The notes beneath the pieces are model-generated. The model was given only the letters and a program-made list of their open reading frames with translations, did not search any database and was not told where the DNA came from. From an uncultured bacterium (GTDB lineage Bacteria > Bacteroidota > Rhodothermia > Rhodothermales > DASSAV01), in assembly GCA_966250015.1 (NCBI GenBank), contig CBINFS010000001.1, forward strand, positions 231,309 to 295,308: a stretch of DNA of 64,000 bases, given 5' to 3'. Every line of letters begins with the position of its first letter. Position 1 is the first letter of the stretch. The translations under genes were made by a program, and so were the position numbers. Below are positions 41,417-50,501 of this stretch, one piece after another.

Positions 41417-41911
41417 TCATCCCTGCCAGGGCTCGTCGGCAGTAGGTCCGTAAATCGACGGCACCGGTACGTCCCGCAGACGCAGGTAAACGGTCATCTG
41501 GCCGCGATGATGGCTCAAATGGCTGATGTGCTGACGAATTACCGCAACGCGGGGCAGTGTAAACAGCGCCTGTCCTTTCAACTTCAGCGACCAGGGCACC
41601 TCGTAATCGGCGTCCGTCGCCGCTTGAATCGCCTCGCGAGATTTCCGAACGTTTTCGTCAAAGGTGTTGAGCAGCGTTTCCGTGCTTTCGTTGGTGTAGC
41701 CGCCTCCGGCGGTAAGCTCCAGATCGGTGGTGGTCAGGGTCATGCCGATCCAGCCGGGCATTCGGGCAATAAGCTGCGCCAGGTGTGCGATGGAGAAAGA
41801 TTTAGGATGAGGCTTCCAGTCGGGGTTGTCGTCAGGTACGCGTTCGAGGACGCGACGCGTGGCGGCCATTTCCTGGTCAAACTCGGGTAGCAGGGTTTCA
41901 GATATGCTCAT
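41417..41911 (-). CDS. DinB/YfiT-like metal-dependent hydrolase
   Basis: DinB_2 His triad pattern (HLAQLI...HISHLSHHRGQ). Confidence 0.75.
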   Translation of the reverse strand: MSISETLLPEFDQEMAATRRVLERVPDDNPDWKPHPKSFSIAHLAQLIARMPGWIGMTLTTTDLELTAGGGYTNESTETLLNTFDENVRKSREAIQAATDADYEVPWSLKLKGQALFTLPRVAVIRQHISHLSHHRGQMTVYLRLRDVPVPSIYGPTADEPWQG

Positions 41912-42252
41912 AATCGGTGCTCCTCCTTGCTGTTAAACGACGTCAAACAATTCTATGCGGCCTCAAATGTACACATACAGTGGCCAATGCCCGGGAAGAC
42001 AATGCCAATATACATTACCGGTGCTATCGCGAAGCATCTCCGACACAGGTTTGTTACCCGGTTCTTCCGAGGCAAAAGGGTAAGACCTGCTTTTCCCGCT
42101 TTGATCCTGAGGAGCGTTACCGGGCATCCAACTGAGCGGCTTCTTGAGTGTACTTTCATTATACAATACCTTCAAAATGAAGCCGGCAGCGTGCAAGAAA
42201 GCCCCCTAAAGTTTATCCGGGTTCCATTCCCGGAACATGACTCTTTGTAATC

Positions 42253-42744
42253 ATGAGATACTCGAACATAGTCCCCCTCCTGTGTTCAATCGGACTCCTC
42301 TTCCCCATTGCCGCGTGCGATAGCACAGAGGATGATGGCATGGTCGTAGTTGAAACCGTCGTGGATCAGGTCGTTTACCAGCCCGGGGATACCGTGGTCG
42401 TGACCATCAGCAACGTTGGGAGACCGGAGCTCGTCTTCGTAGGTGCTTGCGATGACGGAAGTGTGGCTGCATTCCTCATGACGTTTGACGGCGACGAAGC
42501 TTCAGGATACTCTTTGGCTTCAACAGAGGTGGCGTCGTGTGACACTATCACGAAGACGATTCCTCTCGAGCCCGGAGCGCAGCTCGTCCAGCGTTTCCCC
42601 ATCACGCTTCCAGCCTCGGAGAACCGTTCACCGACGACACAGTACGTGCTCTGGTTTAACGTCTACGACGTCGAAAGCCCACCAATCCCTTCGCGAATCT
42701 TTACCAACAGCCAGTCGAACGTCTTCCGGATTGACGCGCCCTGA
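42253..42744 (+). CDS. Hypothetical lipoprotein
   Basis: Lipobox LLFPIAAC, 163 aa. Confidence 0.5.
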   Translation: MRYSNIVPLLCSIGLLFPIAACDSTEDDGMVVVETVVDQVVYQPGDTVVVTISNVGRPELVFVGACDDGSVAAFLMTFDGDEASGYSLASTEVASCDTITKTIPLEPGAQLVQRFPITLPASENRSPTTQYVLWFNVYDVESPPIPSRIFTNSQSNVFRIDAP

Positions 42745-42910
42745 TCGGTGGGTTGGCGAGGATCAGCAGTTCGTCATGCGGTTAGGGCATCCGACGTTAC
42801 GTGACGTCGTATCGCGCCGTTTGTAACGGCGCCATGGATCAGGTACGATTCCCCGTCGTTAACGAGACTCTTCACGGTTACCACGTCACGACCTCGGCCG
42901 ATCGTACATC

Positions 42911-43846
42911 ATGTTGCTGCCGCCTTCACACACGTCAGAAGCTTTCGACGGGGACCGGTTCGTCCTGGATTGCCGGGGAAAGCGGTTGGATTGCCGGCCC
43001 GGCATCCCGGAGGGCGCCCACGTCATGGGTATTTTGAACGTGACGCCCGATTCGTTTTCAGACGGCGGGCGGTACATCAGGGTGGACGACGCCCTCAGGC
43101 GCGCGGGGGAGATGGTGAAGGAAGGGGCCGCCATCATCGACGTAGGGGGCGAATCGACCCGGCCGCGTGGCGCGGTGTATGGCGAAGGCGCGGCTGCAGT
43201 ACCGGCCGAGGTGGAACGGAAAAGGGTCATACCGGTGATCGAAGGTATAAGGAGCCGTTTCCCGGAAGTTCTGGTTTCCATCGACACGTACAAGCCGGAG
43301 GTGGCGCGGGCGGCGCTCGATGCCGGCGCGCACATCGTAAATGACATCACCGGCCTGCGATTCGGACCCGAGATGGCAACGATCGCGGCCGAGTACGGGG
43401 CTCCGCTCGTCGTGATGCATTCGCTGGGCAAGCCGGGCGCGCTTCCGCACGCCACCGGCTATCGGGACGTGGTTCAAGAAGTGTACGACGCCCTGAAGAC
43501 GGCGGTAACGACGGCTGAGCAGGCGGGCGTGGCACACGTCGTTACGGATCCGGGCTTTGGCTTCGGAAAGTTGCCTGCGGAGAACCTGATGCTCTTGAAC
43601 CGGGTTGACCGATTCCTTTCATTAGGACGTCCGGTGCTCGTCGGGGTGTCCCGGAAGAGTACGATCGGCGTGGTGCTGGGCAGCACGGATTCGCCGGTTC
43701 CGCCGGAGGGTCGGCTTTTTGGTTCGCTCGGCGCGACGGCCGTGGCCGTCTTGAGGGGGGCAACGATCGTCCGCACCCACGACGTGCGCCCTACCGTTGA
43801 AATGCTTCGCGTTCTTGCGGCTACGGCAACACAAGGCCTTGCTTGA
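42911..43846 (+). CDS. folP: Dihydropteroate synthase
   Basis: GILNVTPDSFSDGG motif and a pterin-binding TIM barrel. The true start may be the internal Met at about 43025. Confidence 0.9.
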   Translation: MLLPPSHTSEAFDGDRFVLDCRGKRLDCRPGIPEGAHVMGILNVTPDSFSDGGRYIRVDDALRRAGEMVKEGAAIIDVGGESTRPRGAVYGEGAAAVPAEVERKRVIPVIEGIRSRFPEVLVSIDTYKPEVARAALDAGAHIVNDITGLRFGPEMATIAAEYGAPLVVMHSLGKPGALPHATGYRDVVQEVYDALKTAVTTAEQAGVAHVVTDPGFGFGKLPAENLMLLNRVDRFLSLGRPVLVGVSRKSTIGVVLGSTDSPVPPEGRLFGSLGATAVAVLRGATIVRTHDVRPTVEMLRVLAATATQGLA

Positions 43847-43891
43847 CGTCTACTTCTCGAATAGTGGTTCTTAATCTGACCTGATTCATCC

Positions 43892-44686
43892 TTGTATCTC
43901 TTCGACACCATCCCCGTTCGCATCGTCGATGTGCTCGAGATCGGCATCGTCGCATACATCCTGTATAAGCTCTATCAGCTTATGCGGGGTACGATTGCGG
44001 TGCAGATCTTTTTCGGGGTGATGGCGCTCTACCTGATGCAGGTCATCGTTACGGCGGCTGAAATGACGATGCTCAGGCGGCTCTTCCAGTCGGTGAGCGA
44101 AGTCTTCGTCATCGCCGTGATCATCCTCTTTCAGCCTGAGATTCGACGGCTTCTGCTTCTGCTTGGCCAGAATCCGCTCGTACGGCGCCTGGTGAACTCA
44201 CCGGCTCGCGAGGAACTGATCGCGGAAGTGGTGGCGGCCGTTGAGGAGATGAGCCGCAAGCACATCGGGGCGCTCATCGCCTTTGAACGCTCGACGGGTT
44301 TGAGGAGTTACATCGAGACAGGCGCCCTGCTGCAGGCTCAGGTGAGCCGGGACCTTCTGGTCACGATCTTTTTCGCTCAGAATCCACTCCACGACGGCGC
44401 GGCCATCATTCGAGATCGGCACATCGAGGCAGCCCGATGTATCTTACCAATCTCTACCAGCATGCGCCTCAGCCCCCATCTGGGTTTGCGGCACCGCGCA
44501 GCAGTTGGATTGACCGAGCAGACTGACGCCTTTGTGGTAGTCGTTTCCGAGGAAACGGGCAATATCTCGGTCTCGATGAATGGCGAGCTGATCTCGAATC
44601 TGTCGGTGAATGAATTCAGAAACCTGCTCGTCGATGCGTTAGAGGCGAATCCATCGGTCGAGACAGAGTTGAAGGCGGCCGAGTAG
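43892..44686 (+). CDS. cdaA: Diadenylate cyclase (c-di-AMP synthase, CdaA type)
   Basis: Three N-terminal TM helices and a DAC domain (GALIAFERSTGL, DGAAIIRD, RHRAAVGLTEQTDA). Confidence 0.9.
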   Translation: MYLFDTIPVRIVDVLEIGIVAYILYKLYQLMRGTIAVQIFFGVMALYLMQVIVTAAEMTMLRRLFQSVSEVFVIAVIILFQPEIRRLLLLLGQNPLVRRLVNSPAREELIAEVVAAVEEMSRKHIGALIAFERSTGLRSYIETGALLQAQVSRDLLVTIFFAQNPLHDGAAIIRDRHIEAARCILPISTSMRLSPHLGLRHRAAVGLTEQTDAFVVVVSEETGNISVSMNGELISNLSVNEFRNLLVDALEANPSVETELKAAE

Positions 44687-44734
44687 CGGAGACGCCCGCC
44701 GGAAATTACAGATTCGCCAAATCATTACGGCTTC

Positions 44735-45400
44735 ATGGAAGACAGGAAATACCAGCGTCCTCGGGCCAACCTGGTCGAGGAGCTCCGGCATAAGGGCATC
44801 ACGGACGAACGGGTGTTGAAGGCCATTGGTACGGTCCCGCGGCATCTGTTTGTCGAGCCCGCACTGCGCAGCAGGGCCTACGCCGACGAGGCGCTTCCAA
44901 TCGGCATGAAGCAGACGATCTCGCAGCCGTTTACGGTCGCTTATCAAACGATGCTGCTCAATCCCCAACCGGGTGAGCGGATTCTGGAAATCGGTACGGG
45001 AAGCGGTTATCAGGCGGCCATCCTGTGTGAGCTTGGCGCGCGCGTGTTTTCGGTCGAACGTCACGCTCCGTTGCTCGATCGGACCCGGCGTTTGCTGGAG
45101 ACACTCGGGTATCGGGTCGTCACGCGCCTGGGGGACGGCACGCTCGGATGGCCGTCTTTTGCGCCGTACGACGGCATCCTCGTGACCGCCGGCGCTACCA
45201 ACATTCCGCCCGCCTTGCTCGAACAGCTCAAAATCGGCGACCAAGAGCACCCGGGCGGGCGGCTCATCATCCCGATTGGCGACGAGCAGGGACAGGTAAT
45301 GAATCGCATCACGCGCATTGGACCGAACGACTACGAACGGGAAGAAACCAATACCTTTCGGTTCGTCCCTCTCGTCGGAGAAGGAGGCGGCGGCCAGTAA
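44735..45400 (+). CDS. pcm: Protein-L-isoaspartate O-methyltransferase
   Basis: SAM motif LEIGTGSGYQAA and a PIMT-family sequence. Confidence 0.9.
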   Translation: MEDRKYQRPRANLVEELRHKGITDERVLKAIGTVPRHLFVEPALRSRAYADEALPIGMKQTISQPFTVAYQTMLLNPQPGERILEIGTGSGYQAAILCELGARVFSVERHAPLLDRTRRLLETLGYRVVTRLGDGTLGWPSFAPYDGILVTAGATNIPPALLEQLKIGDQEHPGGRLIIPIGDEQGQVMNRITRIGPNDYEREETNTFRFVPLVGEGGGGQ

Positions 45401-45497
45401 GGCGTGCCAGAATACCGAGCGCTCAACGACAAATCCATCAATACCCCTCTGTCCGTGCTTTAGTTAGCCTTCCGTTGTTCGATACCTCACGGGAGCC

Positions 45498-47324
45498 TTG
45501 AGGCCTCTTACGAATGACGGAACAAATCCAATGCACTGGCACGCCGCCCTCTTTATGTTGCCCCTCATACCGGCAGGAGCGATCTGTATTGCGCTCGGTC
45601 TGTTATCCTGGCGGCGCCGTACCGTGGCGGGAGCTTCTGCCTTCTCGTTGCTCATGTTCACCGGGGCATTCTGGGCGCTCACCTATGCGTTGGAGCTGTC
45701 CACCGTCGGGAACGTGGTCCAGAGCCGGTTCTGGAATGGCCTGAAGCTTTCCTCCGCCGCCCTTCTATCGCCTTTTTTTGCCCTTTTCGTTCTCCGTTAC
45801 ACCCGTCAGGCGTGGCTTACGAAACGATTTGCGGCAGGGATACTGGCGCTTCCCCTGCTGGCGGGGTTGTGCCATGCTCTCGTAACCGTACAGGGCACGC
45901 TCATAGCCGGTGACGTCCAATTCAATGAGTTGGATACCCTGGAGGCAGGGTATTACACGCTTTGCAGGCTTGAGCGAGCCTATACCTTCTGCCTCACCCT
46001 TTTCGTTGAGGGAATACTGCTGCGAGAGGCCACGCAGGCTCCCCGTCTGTACAGGCAGCAGGCATTGGTCATGATCCTGGGAGGGGTGATACCGCTTGCC
46101 GGGCTGTTTGCGCCGTTCGTGCTCGAGCGAGAGGTGGGTGGCGCCCTTCCCCTCACGTTCATGCTCGCCGGCACCGGCGTCACCTGGGGGTTCATCCAGT
46201 ACCGGATGCTCGACATCATACCCGCCGCCCGCGACCTCGTCGTCGAGAGCATGAGCGACCTCGTGCTCATCCTGGACGTGCACAACCGGATTGTGGATAT
46301 GAATCCGGCAGCCGAACAGGGATTTGGGTTCTCTGCCGACGAAGTGGGAGGGAGACCACTGGAAACGGTATTTCGTGAGGCAACGAGCTTCCAGGCGGAC
46401 CCGCCGGAAGAGGTGGAAGCACAGGCAGAGATCATCCTTCGAGACGGTGAAGGACCGCGATACTTCGATTTTCGGATCTCCCCTCTCTACGGATGGCGAA
46501 ATCTGCTTGCCGGATGGCTGATCGTCCTGCGGGACGTCACGGAGCGGAAGCTCTACGAAGAAGAGCTGATCCTCGCAAAGGAACAGGCCGAAATCGCGGC
46601 GGACATGAAGTCGGCTCTGTTGAACAACGTCAGCCACGAGCTTCGCACGCCGCTTGCCAGCATCATCGGGTTTGCGCACGTCGTGGCCGAGGAAGTCCCG
46701 CCTGAGCAGAAGGAGTTCATCGAAATCATCGAACAGAATGGCCAGAGGCTGCTGAACACGCTGAACAACATACTCGATCTGGCCCAGCTCAAATCGCGAG
46801 GTCTGACGAGCCGTCCGGAGATATTCGACGCAGCGGCAGAGGTTCGGGAAACGGTGCGTTCGCTCGAGATCATGGCGCGTCTGAAAAACCTGCCCTTACT
46901 GGTATACACACCGGACGAGCGTGTCGAATGCAAGCTTGATCGGAATCATCTCTCCCGCACGCTCACCAACCTGCTCGGCAACGCAATCAAGTTTACGGAG
47001 ACCGGGCACGTATCCGTCCATCTGGACTACGACGACGACACGATCACACTGATCGTCAAAGATACGGGGATCGGGATCAGCGAGTCCTTCAAGCCATTCC
47101 TTTTCCAGGAGTTCAGGCAGGAGAGTACGGGTAATGACCGGTCGTACGGTGGAAACGGGTTGGGGCTCGCCATCACGAGGCATCTCGTCGGGATGATGGG
47201 AGGCACAATATCGGCTGAGAGCCGCCGGAACGCCGGCACCACGTTTACGGTCAGGATTCCGCGATACCCAGATCGTGCCGGAGCGGACAAGGACCTGCAG
47301 CTGGGTGAAGCACAATTCAGCTAA
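45498..47324 (+). CDS. Sensor histidine kinase with N-terminal 7TM sensor region, PAS, HisKA and HATPase domains
   Basis: About 7 TM helices, a PAS domain, the H-box (SHELRTPLASIIGF) and N/G boxes (GNAIKFT, DTGIGI, GGNGLGLAI). Confidence 0.85.
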   Translation: MRPLTNDGTNPMHWHAALFMLPLIPAGAICIALGLLSWRRRTVAGASAFSLLMFTGAFWALTYALELSTVGNVVQSRFWNGLKLSSAALLSPFFALFVLRYTRQAWLTKRFAAGILALPLLAGLCHALVTVQGTLIAGDVQFNELDTLEAGYYTLCRLERAYTFCLTLFVEGILLREATQAPRLYRQQALVMILGGVIPLAGLFAPFVLEREVGGALPLTFMLAGTGVTWGFIQYRMLDIIPAARDLVVESMSDLVLILDVHNRIVDMNPAAEQGFGFSADEVGGRPLETVFREATSFQADPPEEVEAQAEIILRDGEGPRYFDFRISPLYGWRNLLAGWLIVLRDVTERKLYEEELILAKEQAEIAADMKSALLNNVSHELRTPLASIIGFAHVVAEEVPPEQKEFIEIIEQNGQRLLNTLNNILDLAQLKSRGLTSRPEIFDAAAEVRETVRSLEIMARLKNLPLLVYTPDERVECKLDRNHLSRTLTNLLGNAIKFTETGHVSVHLDYDDDTITLIVKDTGIGISESFKPFLFQEFRQESTGNDRSYGGNGLGLAITRHLVGMMGGTISAESRRNAGTTFTVRIPRYPDRAGADKDLQLGEAQFS

Positions 47325-50254
47325 AACGGCACACTGGCCCGGATACGGTAGTAAACCTCGTATTCGTCTCCACTTCCAAAAGCGGACGCGGGTTGCGCCA
47401 CGCCCAGGGCATGGGCAAAGCCGATCACGCCCCCAAGTCTCAGCTCATTTTTGAGCTCAACGCCGACACCGACGCGACGTATGGCGTCGTCGAAGTTGGA
47501 GCCGCTCCAGACCATTCCGGCGTCGGAGAAGAGGGCCAGTGCCGTGCTGCCGAGCGACACGATACCCAGGAGGCGTGTTTGCAAGTCGGGAAGCAAAAGC
47601 ATGCGGTACTCTGCCGTTCCGAACAGCATGCGACTGCCGAGGGCATAGCGACGGAAGCCCCTCACGCGCTCGCTTTCGCCGAGCGTGAAGGGAATGTACT
47701 CGGGAATGTCGAGTTGAATGTCGTCGTGACGTGAAAGGCCAACGTAATCCTGCGCGAACGAATCGCCTTCCTGGATGCGGGCTCGTGCGTAGAGAAAGAG
47801 ACGATGCAAGCCGATACTCCGAATGATGCCGTAGGCAGCCAGATCACCCCGGACGAATCGGCTATCGCCGCCAAGCACGGGCAGGGCAGCTTCGAGCTGC
47901 AAGCGTGCGCCGAACCCGTCGAGCGGGTGGACCGTGTTGAAACGATACGGCCGCTGCTTCCGGTGCGTCAACGAGAGGCGCAAGTCGGCCTGCTGGCCTG
48001 CTTCGGGCGGCGGCAAGCCATCCAGCTCTTCGACGTCTTCGGCGCTGAGCGGGTCGATGTCGACGTATCGCGCTCTGAACCCGAGTCGGGTAGCCGTAAA
48101 CGGGCTTATGCCGACGTCGAGTGGCCACTCGAGGGTGACGTCTCCACCGAGGTAGTTTTCAACGAGCAGCTCGTTTCCATAAAAGCGCGAGGAGCCCGGC
48201 ATATGGTACAGGCTGATCCCGACGGTCGGGTGCCACTGGTTGTTGATGTACGTACCGGCGATCAGGCTCCGTTCCAGGGGTGACGCGAAGGAAAGCCCGC
48301 CGATGGTGGAGAAAATGTGTTTACCGAGCGGCTCGAACCACGTCGTCAGGCCGATGACGCCCCAGTCTTTCGGATTGTCGTAGTAGGGGACAGCGACGGA
48401 AACCGCGTGAGTGACGTTTTTCCACGACCGGTAGTCGTATCGAGCCGTTATGAGTGACGAGTCTTCGGGTATTTCCGCCGGTACTTCGTTCGGGGGCCTG
48501 TGCGTGATCCACGACTGGTAGGCTTTCGGAATGACAGGCGGAGGGTAGGATACCTTTCGTCGGGCGTCGATCCGGTAGGCCCTGTCGTTTTCTTTTGTCT
48601 CGTCGGATACGATCACGAGGCTGCCCGAGGTACGCAGGGAATCGGGCGGAAGCCAGTCGTACGCCGTAGCTCCGGTAGCAAGGTAGGTGACTCGCCGCGT
48701 CGCACCGGTCTCGAGGCTGTGGACGAACACGTTCGGCACCCGATCGCGAAACGACGTGAACGCAATCGACTGGCCGTCGGGGCTCCAGACGGGGAGCCGG
48801 TCGTCGTCACCCTTCTTGCCCGTCGAAAGCACACGCTGCTCGTGTGTTTTCAGGTCGTAAACGACCAGCGAACGCGTTCCGTCCTCGTCGAACAGCGCAT
48901 AGGCCAGCCGGCTGCCGTCGGGACTCCAGGCAACCAACGAGATCTGCACGTCACCGGTGTAGGCAGTCAGGGGCGACTCATTGCCTGTTTCAAGGTCGAG
49001 CAAAAAGAGGTTGGCCGTCCCTGCATCGGAGCCGATGAAGAGGAGCTGAAGGGAGGAGGAGTCGGGAGAAAAGACCGGTGAGGAGGCACGGCGGCCATAC
49101 GTCAGGCGGCGCAGGTTACGCCCGTCCGCGTCCACGACGAAGAGGTCGTTCAGCAATGATCCGTGTTCACTCCTTACGGTTCGCGCAAAAGCCAGCCGTT
49201 TCCCGTCCGGGCTCCACGAGACGGGCGCCTTGATCGACCCCTCCGCCACGATCCGGGTGGATTTACGATCCCGATCAACCACGTACAACCGACGGAAAGG
49301 CCGCTGGAGCGATACCAGCGACAGGACGGCGACGTGCGTCGTGTCGGGGCTGTATTTAATGTCGTACCGGTACTGCCCGGGAAGCTGGAGTGGAGCCGCA
49401 CGGAGCGAATCGGGCCGTTCCATCTGTCCGGCCAGCGTATTGTAGTAGACGTTTACGTGACGCCGCCAGTCGTCAAAAAAACGGCGATACGAGTTATCGG
49501 TTGTCTCCTCGAAGGCGCGGCCGAAGTCGTGCACCTCACCGAGACCGAAAAGCACTCTTTTCCGGTGTTTGAGGAGCTTCGAGAGGGTGGTGTCGCCGTA
49601 CTGATCGGCAAAGTACCGCAACTGGGAATTGCCGGAGGCATACAGGAGCCGTCCGTTCCAGACCGAGCGCCCGTCATTGTAGGAAAGCCGGTCGTCCAGC
49701 ACGGCGGTTCGTAGCCACCGCTCGCCCCGTTGCGCATCCCACACCTCGGTTTCGTACTGGGCGAGCCCTTCTGCCCAGAATCGTGGCATCGGATCGCCGA
49801 AAAGAAAAGATAAAAACCCGAGGTTGGACCGAACCGCGCGAAAGTGGAATAGATGGGTAAGCTCGTGGGCAATCACCTTGCGCAGCCATTTCTCCTCCCC
49901 CGTCCAGACTTCGGCCGCATCGTTGACGTGGACCCAGATATTCGTGTATCCCGTTCCGACGCCGACGGCGAAGCCGTTCGTAATCTCGTCCTCGTCCGAG
50001 AGGTAAATCCGGATTTTCCGGTCGAACGTGACGTCCAAGTTCGCCGACAGGACTTCGTACGCGGCTTCGGCGATGGGCGCGGCTTTGGTTTCGATCCCGC
50101 TGAGGTGCCGCGGGTACATGATCTCGAAGTGTTCGGTCTCCGCCACGAGCCACTTGAGCTCCGGATGGTTGCGCCCGTTATACGTGTTGAAACCCTGGCC
50201 ATGCAGGTCAAACGTCAACAGCAGACCGAAAAACAGGAGGGCAACAATTCGCAT
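47321..50254 (-). CDS. Outer-membrane multidomain protein: zincin HExxH peptidase-like domain + TolB-like beta-propeller + Omp85-type (Bac_surface_Ag) C-terminal barrel
   Basis: Signal peptide, HELTHLFH plus a downstream Glu (WAEGLAQYE), and PD40 repeats (SWSPDGKRLAF, FSPDSSSL, AWSPDGSRLAY, VWSPDGQSIAF). The C-terminal barrel carries the Omp85 loop-6 VRGF motif and a terminal ...SVPF. Confidence 0.7.
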   Translation of the reverse strand: MRIVALLFFGLLLTFDLHGQGFNTYNGRNHPELKWLVAETEHFEIMYPRHLSGIETKAAPIAEAAYEVLSANLDVTFDRKIRIYLSDEDEITNGFAVGVGTGYTNIWVHVNDAAEVWTGEEKWLRKVIAHELTHLFHFRAVRSNLGFLSFLFGDPMPRFWAEGLAQYETEVWDAQRGERWLRTAVLDDRLSYNDGRSVWNGRLLYASGNSQLRYFADQYGDTTLSKLLKHRKRVLFGLGEVHDFGRAFEETTDNSYRRFFDDWRRHVNVYYNTLAGQMERPDSLRAAPLQLPGQYRYDIKYSPDTTHVAVLSLVSLQRPFRRLYVVDRDRKSTRIVAEGSIKAPVSWSPDGKRLAFARTVRSEHGSLLNDLFVVDADGRNLRRLTYGRRASSPVFSPDSSSLQLLFIGSDAGTANLFLLDLETGNESPLTAYTGDVQISLVAWSPDGSRLAYALFDEDGTRSLVVYDLKTHEQRVLSTGKKGDDDRLPVWSPDGQSIAFTSFRDRVPNVFVHSLETGATRRVTYLATGATAYDWLPPDSLRTSGSLVIVSDETKENDRAYRIDARRKVSYPPPVIPKAYQSWITHRPPNEVPAEIPEDSSLITARYDYRSWKNVTHAVSVAVPYYDNPKDWGVIGLTTWFEPLGKHIFSTIGGLSFASPLERSLIAGTYINNQWHPTVGISLYHMPGSSRFYGNELLVENYLGGDVTLEWPLDVGISPFTATRLGFRARYVDIDPLSAEDVEELDGLPPPEAGQQADLRLSLTHRKQRPYRFNTVHPLDGFGARLQLEAALPVLGGDSRFVRGDLAAYGIIRSIGLHRLFLYARARIQEGDSFAQDYVGLSRHDDIQLDIPEYIPFTLGESERVRGFRRYALGSRMLFGTAEYRMLLLPDLQTRLLGIVSLGSTALALFSDAGMVWSGSNFDDAIRRVGVGVELKNELRLGGVIGFAHALGVAQPASAFGSGDEYEVYYRIRASVPF

Positions 50255-50501
50255 GGGGACGGAACGTCTCAAAACGATGCTGGAGAAACGTACGGTGTTG
50301 AATATACAGCCCAAAACCGCTACGCCACAGGGAGAAAGACTGCTATTTCGTCCTAGACAGTTACCGCCACCAGCCGAAAAAAGAGCCAGGCCTCCTACTT
50401 TTCCGACTGTTCCAATTTAGGGGAGCGAAACGCCGTTTGGATTGTTATGAGGAGTGTGGAGTCCGAATAGGGTCGTTATCCCTTCTGGAGGCGTTACGCA
50501 G

